Below are positions 46,068 through 56,913 of a stretch of 64,000 nucleotides of DNA, piece after piece. The stretch comes from Klebsormidium nitens (taxonomy: Eukaryota > Plantae > Klebsormidiophyceae). Numbering within the stretch: the first letter of the stretch is position 1; each line of letters starts with the position of its first letter. Both the position numbers and the translations under genes were made by a program. Location of the stretch: positions 85,102 to 149,101 of the forward strand of contig DF237143.1 of the NCBI GenBank assembly GCA_000708835.1, written 5' to 3'. The notes beneath the pieces are model-generated. The model searched no databases and was not told the origin of the DNA. It was given only the letters and a program-made list of their open reading frames with translations.

Positions 46068-48728
46068 CGAAACTGTTGACATAGAGTCACTAAACCGAAT
46101 CCTTTAGCCAGTCCGAGTTGGTCAGGAGAACTTGACAAGTTGGACAATATGAGGTACTTTTTGACTGTTGACTTGTAACACGATGAGACAGACTATCACG
46201 TCAGCTCCGCACCAGTTTTGCTCTCACAAACGGGCCTCACACACTCTAAATGCAACTCCGGGCCTGCGTACGGTTCTCCTTGGAGGCCACGTGAGGTGAA
46301 GGTCAGAAAGCGGGTCTGGCATGACCTGGCTCCTGTCCTGAATGTTTGTGACTGGAGTGTTGATTCGCGTAGCCGGGCCTGGTCCCGCCAAGTTAACATA
46401 AGTTTCGATTAGACGCATGCACCTTCTGCAAGATCATGGTCACGTCATTGCTCGCTCGGATATTGCGCGCGGTGCGCATGATTTTGGTGAATCTCGCAAT
46501 TCCTGGTTTGTACTTCGTTGAAACATAATAACGCTATTAAGTACAATTGTCTGCTTATCTGCACATGATACATCATCGTCTCGTGTGCTGACTTCTTAGA
46601 TGCCGGCCGCCAGTTGATTGCCGCCGCAGTGCCGCCTTCAGTGCTGTTTCATATTATAGCCGGGTGTCGCTAGCACAAACGGAAGCACTATATACGAGAC
46701 ACCATTCCTACATGGAGTAACATACGTCGACCAGGCGTGTTCGTATGTGTCAAACTAAGAGCTTCAAGTTGCCACGCGCGGGCCCTTCAACGGTACGTGA
46801 CTCAGCGGCCGCGTCGATTCTGAGTGCTTGCAGATTGAACGTTCAACGCATGTCTTTCAAAGCTGCTGAAAACGGCGCCGCCTCACAGCTCGGCTGCCAG
46901 CGATCAGCGACATCTGAAAGCAGCAGAGACTCCATGAGAACCGGAGATTGGACTGGCGTTTCTTCAATCTCGTCTTTCTCCCCGCTTTTCTGAGGATCGT
47001 CGAGGTATGTAAAACTCGAGTCTGTTTGCGCGGTCGAACTGCATGACCGCAGAACACGTCTCTTTCGGAAGAGACCGCCTGCCTTTTCCTTTCAAGGTCG
47101 GAAAGATAAGACAGACTCTTCCAGGGAGAAAAGAAAAATCAGAACTTCGCCTTGACAGGCGGGCCCAAGACTGCTTCTCGCAAAAGTAAACACGGTCATG
47201 CCTGCAATCGGACCCGGTTTTCAATTTTTCGTGGCTGCCAGCCTGAGGAAGGATGTCAGAAGCTGAACGGAGGCTCGAAAGATTGAAACCGGTTAGTGTG
47301 CGAAAGACGACTTTACCCAGCGAACACATTTCCGGGTCCTCTGCCGTTCTCGCCGTCAACCGAAGCAGGATAACAAAGAGCTCTTTCAAACCCCATCATT
47401 TGGAGCTTTGAAACGGAATGTGGCTTTTTCGTGCCACCAGTGAAGGTGTCAGAGCACGGGGTTGCTGGATTCTTTTTCCGTTATGCCCTCACAAGTGCCC
47501 AGCACTATCGACATGAGGCTGAGCTAAACCTCCGACCGCCCTGCAAACAAGCATTGTCCGATTTCGAAATTACTTTCTGGCGGGTTCACCGGAGCACTCA
47601 GGCAAACCTCGTGACGTAGCAAGGCGGCGAGTAGGGCGCCCGGGCCGTGTTCGCGAAACCTGATTTTTTACGATCTCGTTCACCTTAACCTTTTAGTCTG
47701 TTTTGAGTAGCGCCACGCGCGCGACTGTGCACGTTTCTGCGCCGCTCCCAGGGACCTGCCAAGTGAGCCCGGAGACAGTACTCTCGAAACCGACTCAAAG
47801 TGGCGAATCGGGTCGTTCAGGAATCGTCAGGATCGGGATACTTGGCTGAGGCAGGAATCATGCAGTGATAAGCATCATACAGCGCTTCGACCGTTGCAAG
47901 ATTACAGAATTGAATGATTTGCAATCATCTTGACCAGTACGATAAAGTGAGCGCCCAGTCACCGGTAAAGTAGGGCTGACGCGACAAGAACAAGCAGAGG
48001 CAGGCGGTAGGTTACGTACCGAGAGCTTCATCTACCCAATTGCGGAAGCTCGAAGAGGTTAAATTGGGCAGTTTGACATCAGCTCGGCCACCATAAACGA
48101 GTGGAACATTATTTGATTGCGTTCAGCGTTCCCAAGCATCGAAGAACACAATATTGACTATGTTTTTATCGGTCACACTTCATTGAGATATCTGGACCAC
48201 AACTTGCTTCTGAAAATGCATGTTCAGGCGCAGGTCAGCGTTAGAGAGTAGGTTGACAGTTTCCTACTCCAGTATAGGAGTTATGGTGATTGCAGCTGTC
48301 AACAGTCGTAGCTACTGATGGTGCGCCAAGAAAGCTTGCATCTATGCATACAAACACAGTTTCTGGTCCATTTTACGGTACAATCCCTGCCCTTCGAATT
48401 CATCCCGATCCTGATGTACTTAAAGTTACGCTTAACATCCGAAGCATTCATCATCTGCATATCTTGACTCGGTTTCAAGATGGATACATCAATCTGTACG
48501 TCCTTCGACGAACGCTTCATGCACTTGTTGGAACTTCACGCAGATACATAGGCTCCTGATCAACGACTTTGACGGAGACTTGGCTGTTCATCACGACTCG
48601 AGCTTGCATTCTCACACCGCTGCCGCCACGGATCAAATGTCCACATCGAGAATCAAAAGAGCGTCTGTACTCTATCTACCAAGCAAACCTGCTCGTTGCC
48701 ACCATCTACAAGACCGTCCTCAAGCGCG

Positions 48729-51322
48729 TCATCGCCAAGTGATCCCAAAGACGATGTCGCCGTCTTTCTCATAGTCCCTGTAGATGTTTATGACAGAGAG
48801 GACGATGTTGTAGATGGCGGAAATCACATACGCTTGCTCGTAATACATCGCCCCTAACACTATGCCGACGCTCAGCCCCACAGTCAGCCACCCATAAAGT
48901 AGCAAAGAGAATTTATAGCGCAGGTTGGGGAACACCCAGCACCGAAGCTCGTCGTCCTTCTGGAGCTTTCTCCAGTGGGCGACTACTCCAATGAGCGTCC
49001 GGGGGGGCGTGGCTATGTGCGCCCAGATGTTGAGGATGTCCCACCCCTTGACCCAGAGCAGCAGGTAGCCCCCCCCGGCCCCTCCGATGAGGCTCGAGTA
49101 GAACATGGCCGCCATTAGAAGCTTGGACAGCGGGTATTTGAACCCCCAGGTGAGGCCGGAAAGGCACACGAACCTGAAGATCCACCACGTCGTGTCCTTC
49201 TGATCGCGTATGTATTGTAGGAGTCGCTCCCCTGCAAGAAGATGCGTGTTCTGCTTTGCTTAAGCCCTTACTAGATGAGATTCTCCATTGACGAAATCAC
49301 AACGCTTTGTCGAATCGAGAATGTATCGGACAGCTCGACAGATTCGGAATGAAACATCCAACTCTCATCTCAGGTCTCGAAGGTGCTCACAGCTGTTTAA
49401 AGCACTCAAACCCTCCGTCAGAATTTGGCTGTGGGCCTCCGCGCCTTGAACAGACCTTCTGTGGTGCTGGATTGTGGTTCAGAATTGAGTTGATGGAGAA
49501 TTAATCAAAAGATTCCCATATTCAAGGATAAAGCGGACATTTCAGGTGAGTACGAAGAGGTTTTGTAGATCAGCACAAGTATTGCGGTGACGTCATCATT
49601 CTCGAATCTGAATGATCCGGTTCTGAAAGTCTACGACCAGAGGTCCCATTCTGAATCCCTTCCACCACTTCAGTCGAGCACGTCATTCGAGCACCTAGGC
49701 AAGCCTGAATCCTGAATCCGACTGGTCATACGACGAAGCATCAGGCTTTGAAATCTCTGATTAGCGGGATCCCCAATCTTCGAAGCAAATGCAACCAATG
49801 TCAAAATTCTCAGAATCAGAAAGCGATAGTGTTGAGATTTCATGAGAGCCCTTCGAGTTACACAAACCAGCGCGCGGTCCGCGGGAACAGGATTCCGCCG
49901 TTCCGCTGTTCCGCTGACGTCAAAATAGGCACGGCTTATGTCACGCTTCGACAAAGCGTCATCCTCGCCCCTATCGGATGCTTAAGCTTCATTCAACTCA
50001 CCGCTCTTCAGCAGCTTCTGGATGTCCTGGATCTCAAAGGTGATCTCCTCCGCCTCCGCCTTCACCTTGCTCACCACCGTCTCTAGGAAGTAGGCGTATT
50101 CCTTGTTTTGCAGTGCGTGTGCTTCCGCCAATTTCACTACGCTAGAGCTCGTCGCCAGTGCTGCTGTCACCGTCTCCTTGATTGCTTTGTCTTCGGCCGC
50201 ATTTAGTGCCCCAAGGTCTGTCAGGAACGTTCACAAGATGGCTCAGTGAATGACCGCGTTTCGAAGACTCAGAACTGGCACCGTTCTGATTATCACGCGC
50301 ACCTTAGGGCGCCCTGCAAAAGATCCTCAGCAGTCCCTCGATCTGGACACAATCTTCCCCCTCTGCTCAGATTCTCGTCTCGAAGCAGATTGATTCCTCT
50401 TTGGAAAAAGAAGTAGAAATTTCTTTCATTTGAGAGATGTGACAGAATGCCAACTTCGATGCCTAGAAATGATTCCTCATACTACTTGAAAAGCAGAACA
50501 TTCTGACTGAGGCACACAATTGCCGAGTCATCGAAGTGAGGAAAATCTGGATGGACGAATGCAGTTCGGGACGTTTGACTGCAAGCACCAAAAGTGCGAA
50601 GAGTCTTTACTCAAACAAATATGAGCTTTCATCATCTGTCACCATCTGCAGCGTTAATGGTGCGATTGTAACACAGTTGAAGGCAGGACACTTTGCAGGG
50701 CCACAGTGGCTATTCCGAACAGACTTTGCGGACCTATCAATTAATATCGGATTCGGAAGTAGTAAAAACTCCGTTCAAGTAAATCCTCTGTTTTAGCGAC
50801 AAGTTCAATGTTCTTGATGCGAAGCCTGCGATAATGGCTGTATTGCCTTCAAGTATCCAAGCCAAGAAAGGACCTCCAGCGGGCCATCAGAAGTATTAAA
50901 GACCATTTAGAGCCCTTTCAGATCGGAAATGAGCAGATCTGCAAGGATCCAGGCGGTAACAACCTCCAAGGATTTCCATGCAGGGATTGCATGCTACTGA
51001 ACATATGTAAGGATAAAGGTTTCAACCGAGGAATTTTGCTAACGCCTGGGGGCCGAAAAATTTCGAGTCAAATAAATCATGCACCTTCATTTCATCACTA
51101 AAAGCTTGGATTCAGATCCTGAACCTGCTTACCCTTGCTGGCCAGCATGCGCTTCAGCGCGATGCTTGCTTCGGTGGCCGCCTCCTTGCATGATTTTGCG
51201 TCCCCCTTGAGCGCAGCCAAAGCCCGCACCTGCTCAGAGTTGGCCGGGTTAGCCTTGGGGTTGCTGTTCAACAGGACCGTGGATGAGGTTGATGTTGGAG
51301 ATAAGTACTTCAACTTATCCAC
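48729..51322 (-). CDS. Unknown protein with helical/coiled-coil N-terminal part and multi-pass membrane C-terminus; 5' end unresolved
   Basis: Exons 51322-51133, 50217-50002 and 49231-48729 join in phase (303 codons). The C-terminus has about 4 hydrophobic segments (LLMAAMFYSSLIGGAGGGYLLLWV; FSLLLYGWLTVGLSVGIVLGAMYY; AYVISAIYNIVLSVINIY). An upstream ATG exon 51494-51406 does not splice in frame. Confidence 0.7.
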
Positions 51323-51382
51323 CTAGGCCATCCCTGCGCAGGGATGGCCTAGGTGGATAAGTTGAAGTACTTATCTCCAACA
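51293..51382. repeat. Perfect 90-bp palindrome (45-bp arms, no loop)
   Basis: TGTTGGAGATAAGTACTTCAACTTATCCACCTAGGCCATCCCTGC|GCAGGGATGGCCTAGGTGGATAAGTTGAAGTACTTATCTCCAACA; the arms are exact reverse complements. Confidence 0.97.
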
Positions 51383-53249
51383 AAAATGCGGAACCGGGTA
51401 CTCACTGACACTTTGAAGCACCTTCGACGTCTGTCTCAGTAGAAGGTGCCTGGCCGATTCTCAGGGAAGCAGCACCCGATCCGATGCCAGCCATTCTGCT
51501 AGGTGAGCACGTCATATCGAGCTAATCAGCTGTCCTTAAACAAAAGCAATTTGGCCGAGCGCTCGCAAAGGTAGCTGGCAGCCATGCTTCTTGTAGGATG
51601 TCCAATGAGCGAGAACAGCACGTACGTACACTCTATGGTGATCTATGTTCCATCATGGAAAAACGAAAGCGATTTAAAGCGAACCGGCGGCTTAAAGGAG
51701 AGTGGAGGTGCACTACGTCCATCCACTTCAGCTCTACTGTAGTCCTTCTACTCCCAAAAGTACTGAAATACTTGACCCCCCTTATTAAATTTGTTGATTC
51801 ATTACGTCTTACGTGTTTCCTTGTCCTATCACTGAAGCACTGACGCTGATAATATTCCTCTTTGCGGTCCAGTCCGCACCCATCAAATGCATGGGCTGGC
51901 AGTGGACTCATTGACTTCGACCGGAAGCGCCTGGCCGAGGTGAACTAATGCAGTAGGTAAGTTAGAGCTCCCTTCCGTACAGTGATCATTGGTGACCCCG
52001 AAGGATATTGAATTTTGGACGGTGCGCGCGCGCGTGATCGAGTAGTACACGCACGGTCAGTGCGTCTTTGACTAACAGAGCCAGACAAGTTCACGGTTCT
52101 TGTGCCGCATGCCACAAATTGAAATTCTTGTTCCCTGTGTATCCTACTTTAGAGCACTGGTATATACGTGGCTGAGCGCTTTTGATATAAAAGCGCTGTT
52201 CCGCTGCAAGCATTCGATCCTTGCGCTTTATAGAATCTTCAAGCTCGATGACTCGTAAACGCCAGCTGCCACTAGGATCTTATAAACGTCTTCAATTTTT
52301 TGGAATACTGGACGCAGTTTGGGCTGTGCTTGGCATCATCATGATCGGCGAGGGACTTCCTTATATTTATATCCAAACATCGGGCTCAAAGCCTTCATGG
52401 GCTGGCATAAACGTGTCCATCACTCTGCTCGCGCACCTTCAGTTGGGTGGGACAATGGAGTGACAGTGATCGACTCATCATTCGGCCTCTAGTCATGCAT
52501 CTACTCAGAAATGTCAAGCAGATTCCATTTCTTACACTGCCAGTTGCGTCTGGCGGCCGGCCTGCAAAAACTTGACCTGATGGCTGAGATATTGCCGCCA
52601 ACAGCCGAGTCGAGGGATCTGAGAGTCGAAGGTTCTAAAGTGACGGAACGGCCCCGGAAACGGTTGATTGATTACTTCTTTCCTAATCTGCCAGTCAGGC
52701 CATTTTACTGGCCGCCGCCATAAGCAGAGCAGTGCTCAGAGAAAGTTGCTGAAGGTGCGCTTGATCTATAAGTAGAGAATGACTAGCTCTCGATCAGGTC
52801 GATCACAACGAAACTTCCTTCGAAGTCATCAAATGCCTGTCTAGTGCTAGATGACTACTATATGTTTGCAAGCAGGTCTCTTCAATGAGAGGATAACACA
52901 GTACGACTATTTAAGACTGCGGAGAGTGACACAGGTCGCTCGCTGATGGAAAGATCCTGACCCCTCCGGAGCCGCCGGCGCGGGATCATTTACTATGCAC
53001 AGAACTGGAAATTCGCACACATGCGGCCGGCCGACTTTGCAGCTGACGTGAAGCTCAGCCAACACTTGGAAGAAGAAGTCAGCAGCACTTATGCACTACT
53101 GTAGGTTGCAGAAACTACAGTAAGAAACGTCGGATTTAGGGCGTTGCCCTGGTTCGACCGGAGGTAATTCTGGGGGTTCGATTCAATATCGTGGAGTCAT
53201 TCGTGGTCCTTTTCATCCTTTTATCCTTTCGATGTAGGCATGGAAGTAG

Positions 53250-53403
53250 GTACCTGGCAGTCTGCACTAGATCTATAAACATTACCAATATCTACCTATA
53301 AGGTACTACCTATTAGGTACCAATGTGCACGAAACCGCATACGGTCACGGTTCGGTACTACCATTGGATCACCGGTATACCTACGCGAGTAGGTACGCGG
53401 TAC
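53250..53403. promoter_or_regulatory. Cluster of six GGTAC (GTAC-core) motifs upstream of the small coiled-coil gene
   Basis: GTAC at 53250, 53303, 53317, 53355, 53393, 53400; about 0.6 expected by chance in 154 bp at uniform composition. Regulatory function is inferred only. Confidence 0.4.
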
Positions 53404-54105
53404 GCATTATATGCTGTCTCGTTCATCTAGGTATTTAACAACAGACGGTTGCTTCCAACAGGTTGATTAAAATCGCGCACCCATGCTGACGAGTCATGAA
53501 CACCGTCGATGACTCACCGATGGAGCCCTCGATGACTCACGCAGCGCCGTCGATGAAGTGACGTTGACCACTGCGAAGGTGACACGTGCTTCCCCCCGTG
53601 CGCCTTATGCTGATTGCATGCCACAGCAGGTCGCAGAAAGAAATAGCTATTAGTTCTTCTGGAAACGCAGAAGGAGCGCGTTCTGCGAGAGTCCCAGGTC
53701 TTCGCAGAATCTGGCGGTCGTGATTCGGACTTCAGCATTCTTTGCCCGTGTTCAATCAGTAGTTGGAGAGATTACCTCAGAAGGCCTTCGTCAACTCCTT
53801 GTTGCTCAGCGCTTCTTATACTTGCGAGCGGGTAAGATCGTGAACGCCCCCTGTTGAACATTTCAAGCGACAGCTGTGGATGCCCGTGTCACTCATCTTG
53901 CATCTGAGATTAAGGTTGTCACAAAGGATTCTCCGCTGGTGGGTTATTAATGTTCCTCCTCGAGATGGTCGTGAAATTCTGATTTGCTGGAGCTGGGATA
54001 GCTTGCATTACGTCTGCTGGCACATTGCATACTATTATAGAAATGGACTTGCCGATTGTTTTTGAAAGCCTCCTATTTAGGAAGAGTCGCTCTCACACAG
54101 GTCCA

Positions 54106-55810
54106 ATGGAGAACGAGACAGCAGAACTGAAGAGAGTGGAGCATGAGCTATACAATGTCCAAAACATGCTCGACAAGAAACGAGGAGAGCTGCGTGTTTG
54201 GGAGATGAAGCTCTACTATCCTCCTGAGCCAAAAGATCCAGAAGCCCTTGGCAACTATGAAAGGCTGAAGGCTGAGTTCGACCTGCTGCTTGAAGGCTGT
54301 GGGAGGCTACGTCAGAGGCAGTCTGATCTTGCTTTAGGCACGAATGGTAAGATAAACCACCTTCGCCAAGTTTCTATAATTTGCGCATGAAGGGGCAAGG
54401 ATTACTTGGCAGTCAGTGACCCTGTTCTGGTGTGATTGATGTCTCTCTTCAGATGACTCCAGTGTATACCACCAAAATGCACCATCTGCGGCTTTCCGTT
54501 GCACAAAGCTGTGGTGGTACAAAGTGGTGCATACCCACTTCTTATTAGATTTGTTACATTTTTGCATGGTCGGCCTGTGGTGGAGGGCTGCTCGACTTTT
54601 GCTTGTTTACTTGCTTGAAGATTGCTAGCTAGCATAGAGCCACAGTTTAGGCTACAAAAGCTTGATTAGGAGGGGGTCTTTAAAGATACCCAGAGGGCGC
54701 TTGCATGTGGAAACTCTTGAGACATGCCATTCGTAGGAAGCAAGGTCCTGTTCCTGGGAGACCAAAAATTGGGTCCGCATTACCCTAGAGTTCATTCTGG
54801 ACCTGTTCTGGGGGATGAAGTTTATCAGGCGTGAGTGACGAGGTTTTGAGAAAAAGTCAGTGCTACACCACGAAGTCGTTTGAGGCAATGCCTCAGGTAC
54901 GGGAAGTTTTGGACTGTTTCTTCAAGTGGTTTTTGCTGATGGGAAACATGACCAATACAACCCCTGAAGGATTGTTTCCCTCATTTGAATGAGAAGATTT
55001 ACTTGACTGCGTTGAAAGAAGATCAGCGTGGAAATATTGGGCAGCGCCAGGTCAGCGTGCATGATACTGCCTTGCACTTCTGGATTCATGACTTGGGTTG
55101 TCGTACCTACTTTAGTTGGGTTTAAGGTGACCATTGGCGCGACGTCTTACGTTACCTTTTCTGCTGTCGCTTACACACGAAGTCTTGGTTTTAAAGTCGA
55201 AATATGTTCCATGCAGGAGATGAGCCCCTCATGCCATCACGAAAATTCTGGAAGCAACTACGTCGGTATCTCGACATCCCGATCGAGAAAAGTGAGGAGG
55301 ACAAGGAGAATGAGGTAAGGGTAAAAGTGTCTTGTCCTTTTGTGAATGTTGGAAGAGAAAGACACAACAGACAGAGACTTGGAGGATTGCCCACTGCAGT
55401 CTGTTTGCTGCAAACCAGCAGTCAAGCAGAGCAATGAAGTACAACGTACCAGACGTAGTAGTCTGGTGTGTGGGTCGTTAATTACTCCCAGACTCTCCCA
55501 CCCCTGTCGCTTATTAGTGATCCTGCGGTGTCTGAATCTACTAAGGTTTTCCGTTCATAAGCAGTCACAAGCAGAACACTAGGTCCCCATCGAACACCAG
55601 TGGGCAGCTTTTTTCGTCGAAGAAATGCTTCATCTGACTTGCTTGCTCTTCTCAAGAAGCTCTTAATTAGTTTCCATTGCTTGTTGCAAGCTAGATTGTC
55701 GTTGTTTGACCCTGTTCCTCATCTCTCTATCGCAGGCTCCTCTGGGGAAGGAGTCGAATCTTCGTCAACGTCTGCTGACCGTGTCTACAAGTTCACGATC
55801 GAATCACTGA
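54106..55810 (+). CDS. Small unknown coiled-coil protein, about 137 aa, 3 coding exons
   Basis: Exons 54106-54346, 55217-55314, 55736-55810 are phase-consistent with strong splice sites: MENETAELKRVEHELYNVQNMLDKKRGEL...GDEPLMPSRKFWKQLRRYLDIP...APLGKESNLRQRLL. Probable 5'UTR donor at 53831. Confidence 0.68.
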
Positions 55811-56913
55811 CCCATTCACCAGCACGTGAATCAAGTTTTCGTAGCGAGCCTTAGTGCTGAATCCTGTTCTCGTGGGCTGCGGCCAGGTATGTACAAAGTC
55901 AGAGGGGTGCCATGTAAATAGGCGGGATCGGTTACGTCCGGACCATAAGCAGATTCAGGCCAGTAAAGGTCAACAAGCAATGTGAGAAGTCTGTCAAAAG
56001 TCCAGACCAAAGGCATCTTGTCACATGCCCAGGGTTTGAGCGCGTGGGTGCTTGGCCGGGTTGGGCCGCATGACACGGTCGGTTCTCTTTAGTCTCCAAG
56101 CGGATAGAGACTTGAAGAAGCGGGATAACTGTGAGTTTGAGTCACGGAGTGCAAATCATATAAGCACCACGGCAGGCCTGTCCAGTCCTGCAAAACGTCA
56201 CGCGGACAGTTCTTGCAGTACGTTGTTTGCAAGAGGGTTGCTGAGAGCAATCTTCTGTACCACTACTAAAGTTGTGCAGTCGATCATTACTGTCACTGAT
56301 CAGTGTTGCCGATCATATTGGCAGCTGTGCCCAAGCTTGCATGATTAAGCACGCGATAGCTTGTACTATTTCACATGTATATATGTCAAACTAAATATGC
56401 AATTGCATGTGCCGCGTGGGCGAGTGTGCAAGCTGTCTGCTGTGATATTGAAGTTAAACCACAATTCAAAGTAATGTATGCGTTCATGTGACCTAGCTAT
56501 ATAAGTGAATGGTTTTTGCAAGGAGCGAGTATGCCATGCGTAATTGCACAAATCTAGCTTGCATCATTGAGGATTTGGAACTAGGATGGTCAAAGCCTAT
56601 GACAAGCCATGATGGAATCAGCTGAAAGGTAACAAGCAGACCGTTTTTCAACTTGATCTCACATGGTCAGTTGCGCCAATGAACAGTACGGATTGGCAGA
56701 GTTCCCCGACGAGTTGGGAACATTGATTCCTGTAACAAGTCGCCAACCCAAAATTGCAAGCTCTTATGGCATCCATACCGTCGTGGTCGCTGCCCCCGAA
56801 GCAACACCTTCTAACAACACTTCGACAATTCTACTCATCTGAGGCGCCTCAAAGGGCCCTCGAATCCCACACCAACCGTGCCCATTGGCGACCTGCACAT
56901 CCATGGCTGCCCC

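Noticed and set aside
47800-48560. AT-rich stretch with short LRR-like peptide fragments (LPNLTS)
   Set aside because: Many stops in all frames; no continuous alignment to the F-box paralogs.
53120-53190. GGTTCGATTC T-loop-like motif suggesting a tRNA or SINE
   Set aside because: No A-box and no cloverleaf stems could be formed.
54922-55134. Minus ORF with IMHADLALPNI resembling a kinase catalytic loop
   Set aside because: No DFG at the appropriate spacing; intronic and stop-broken.
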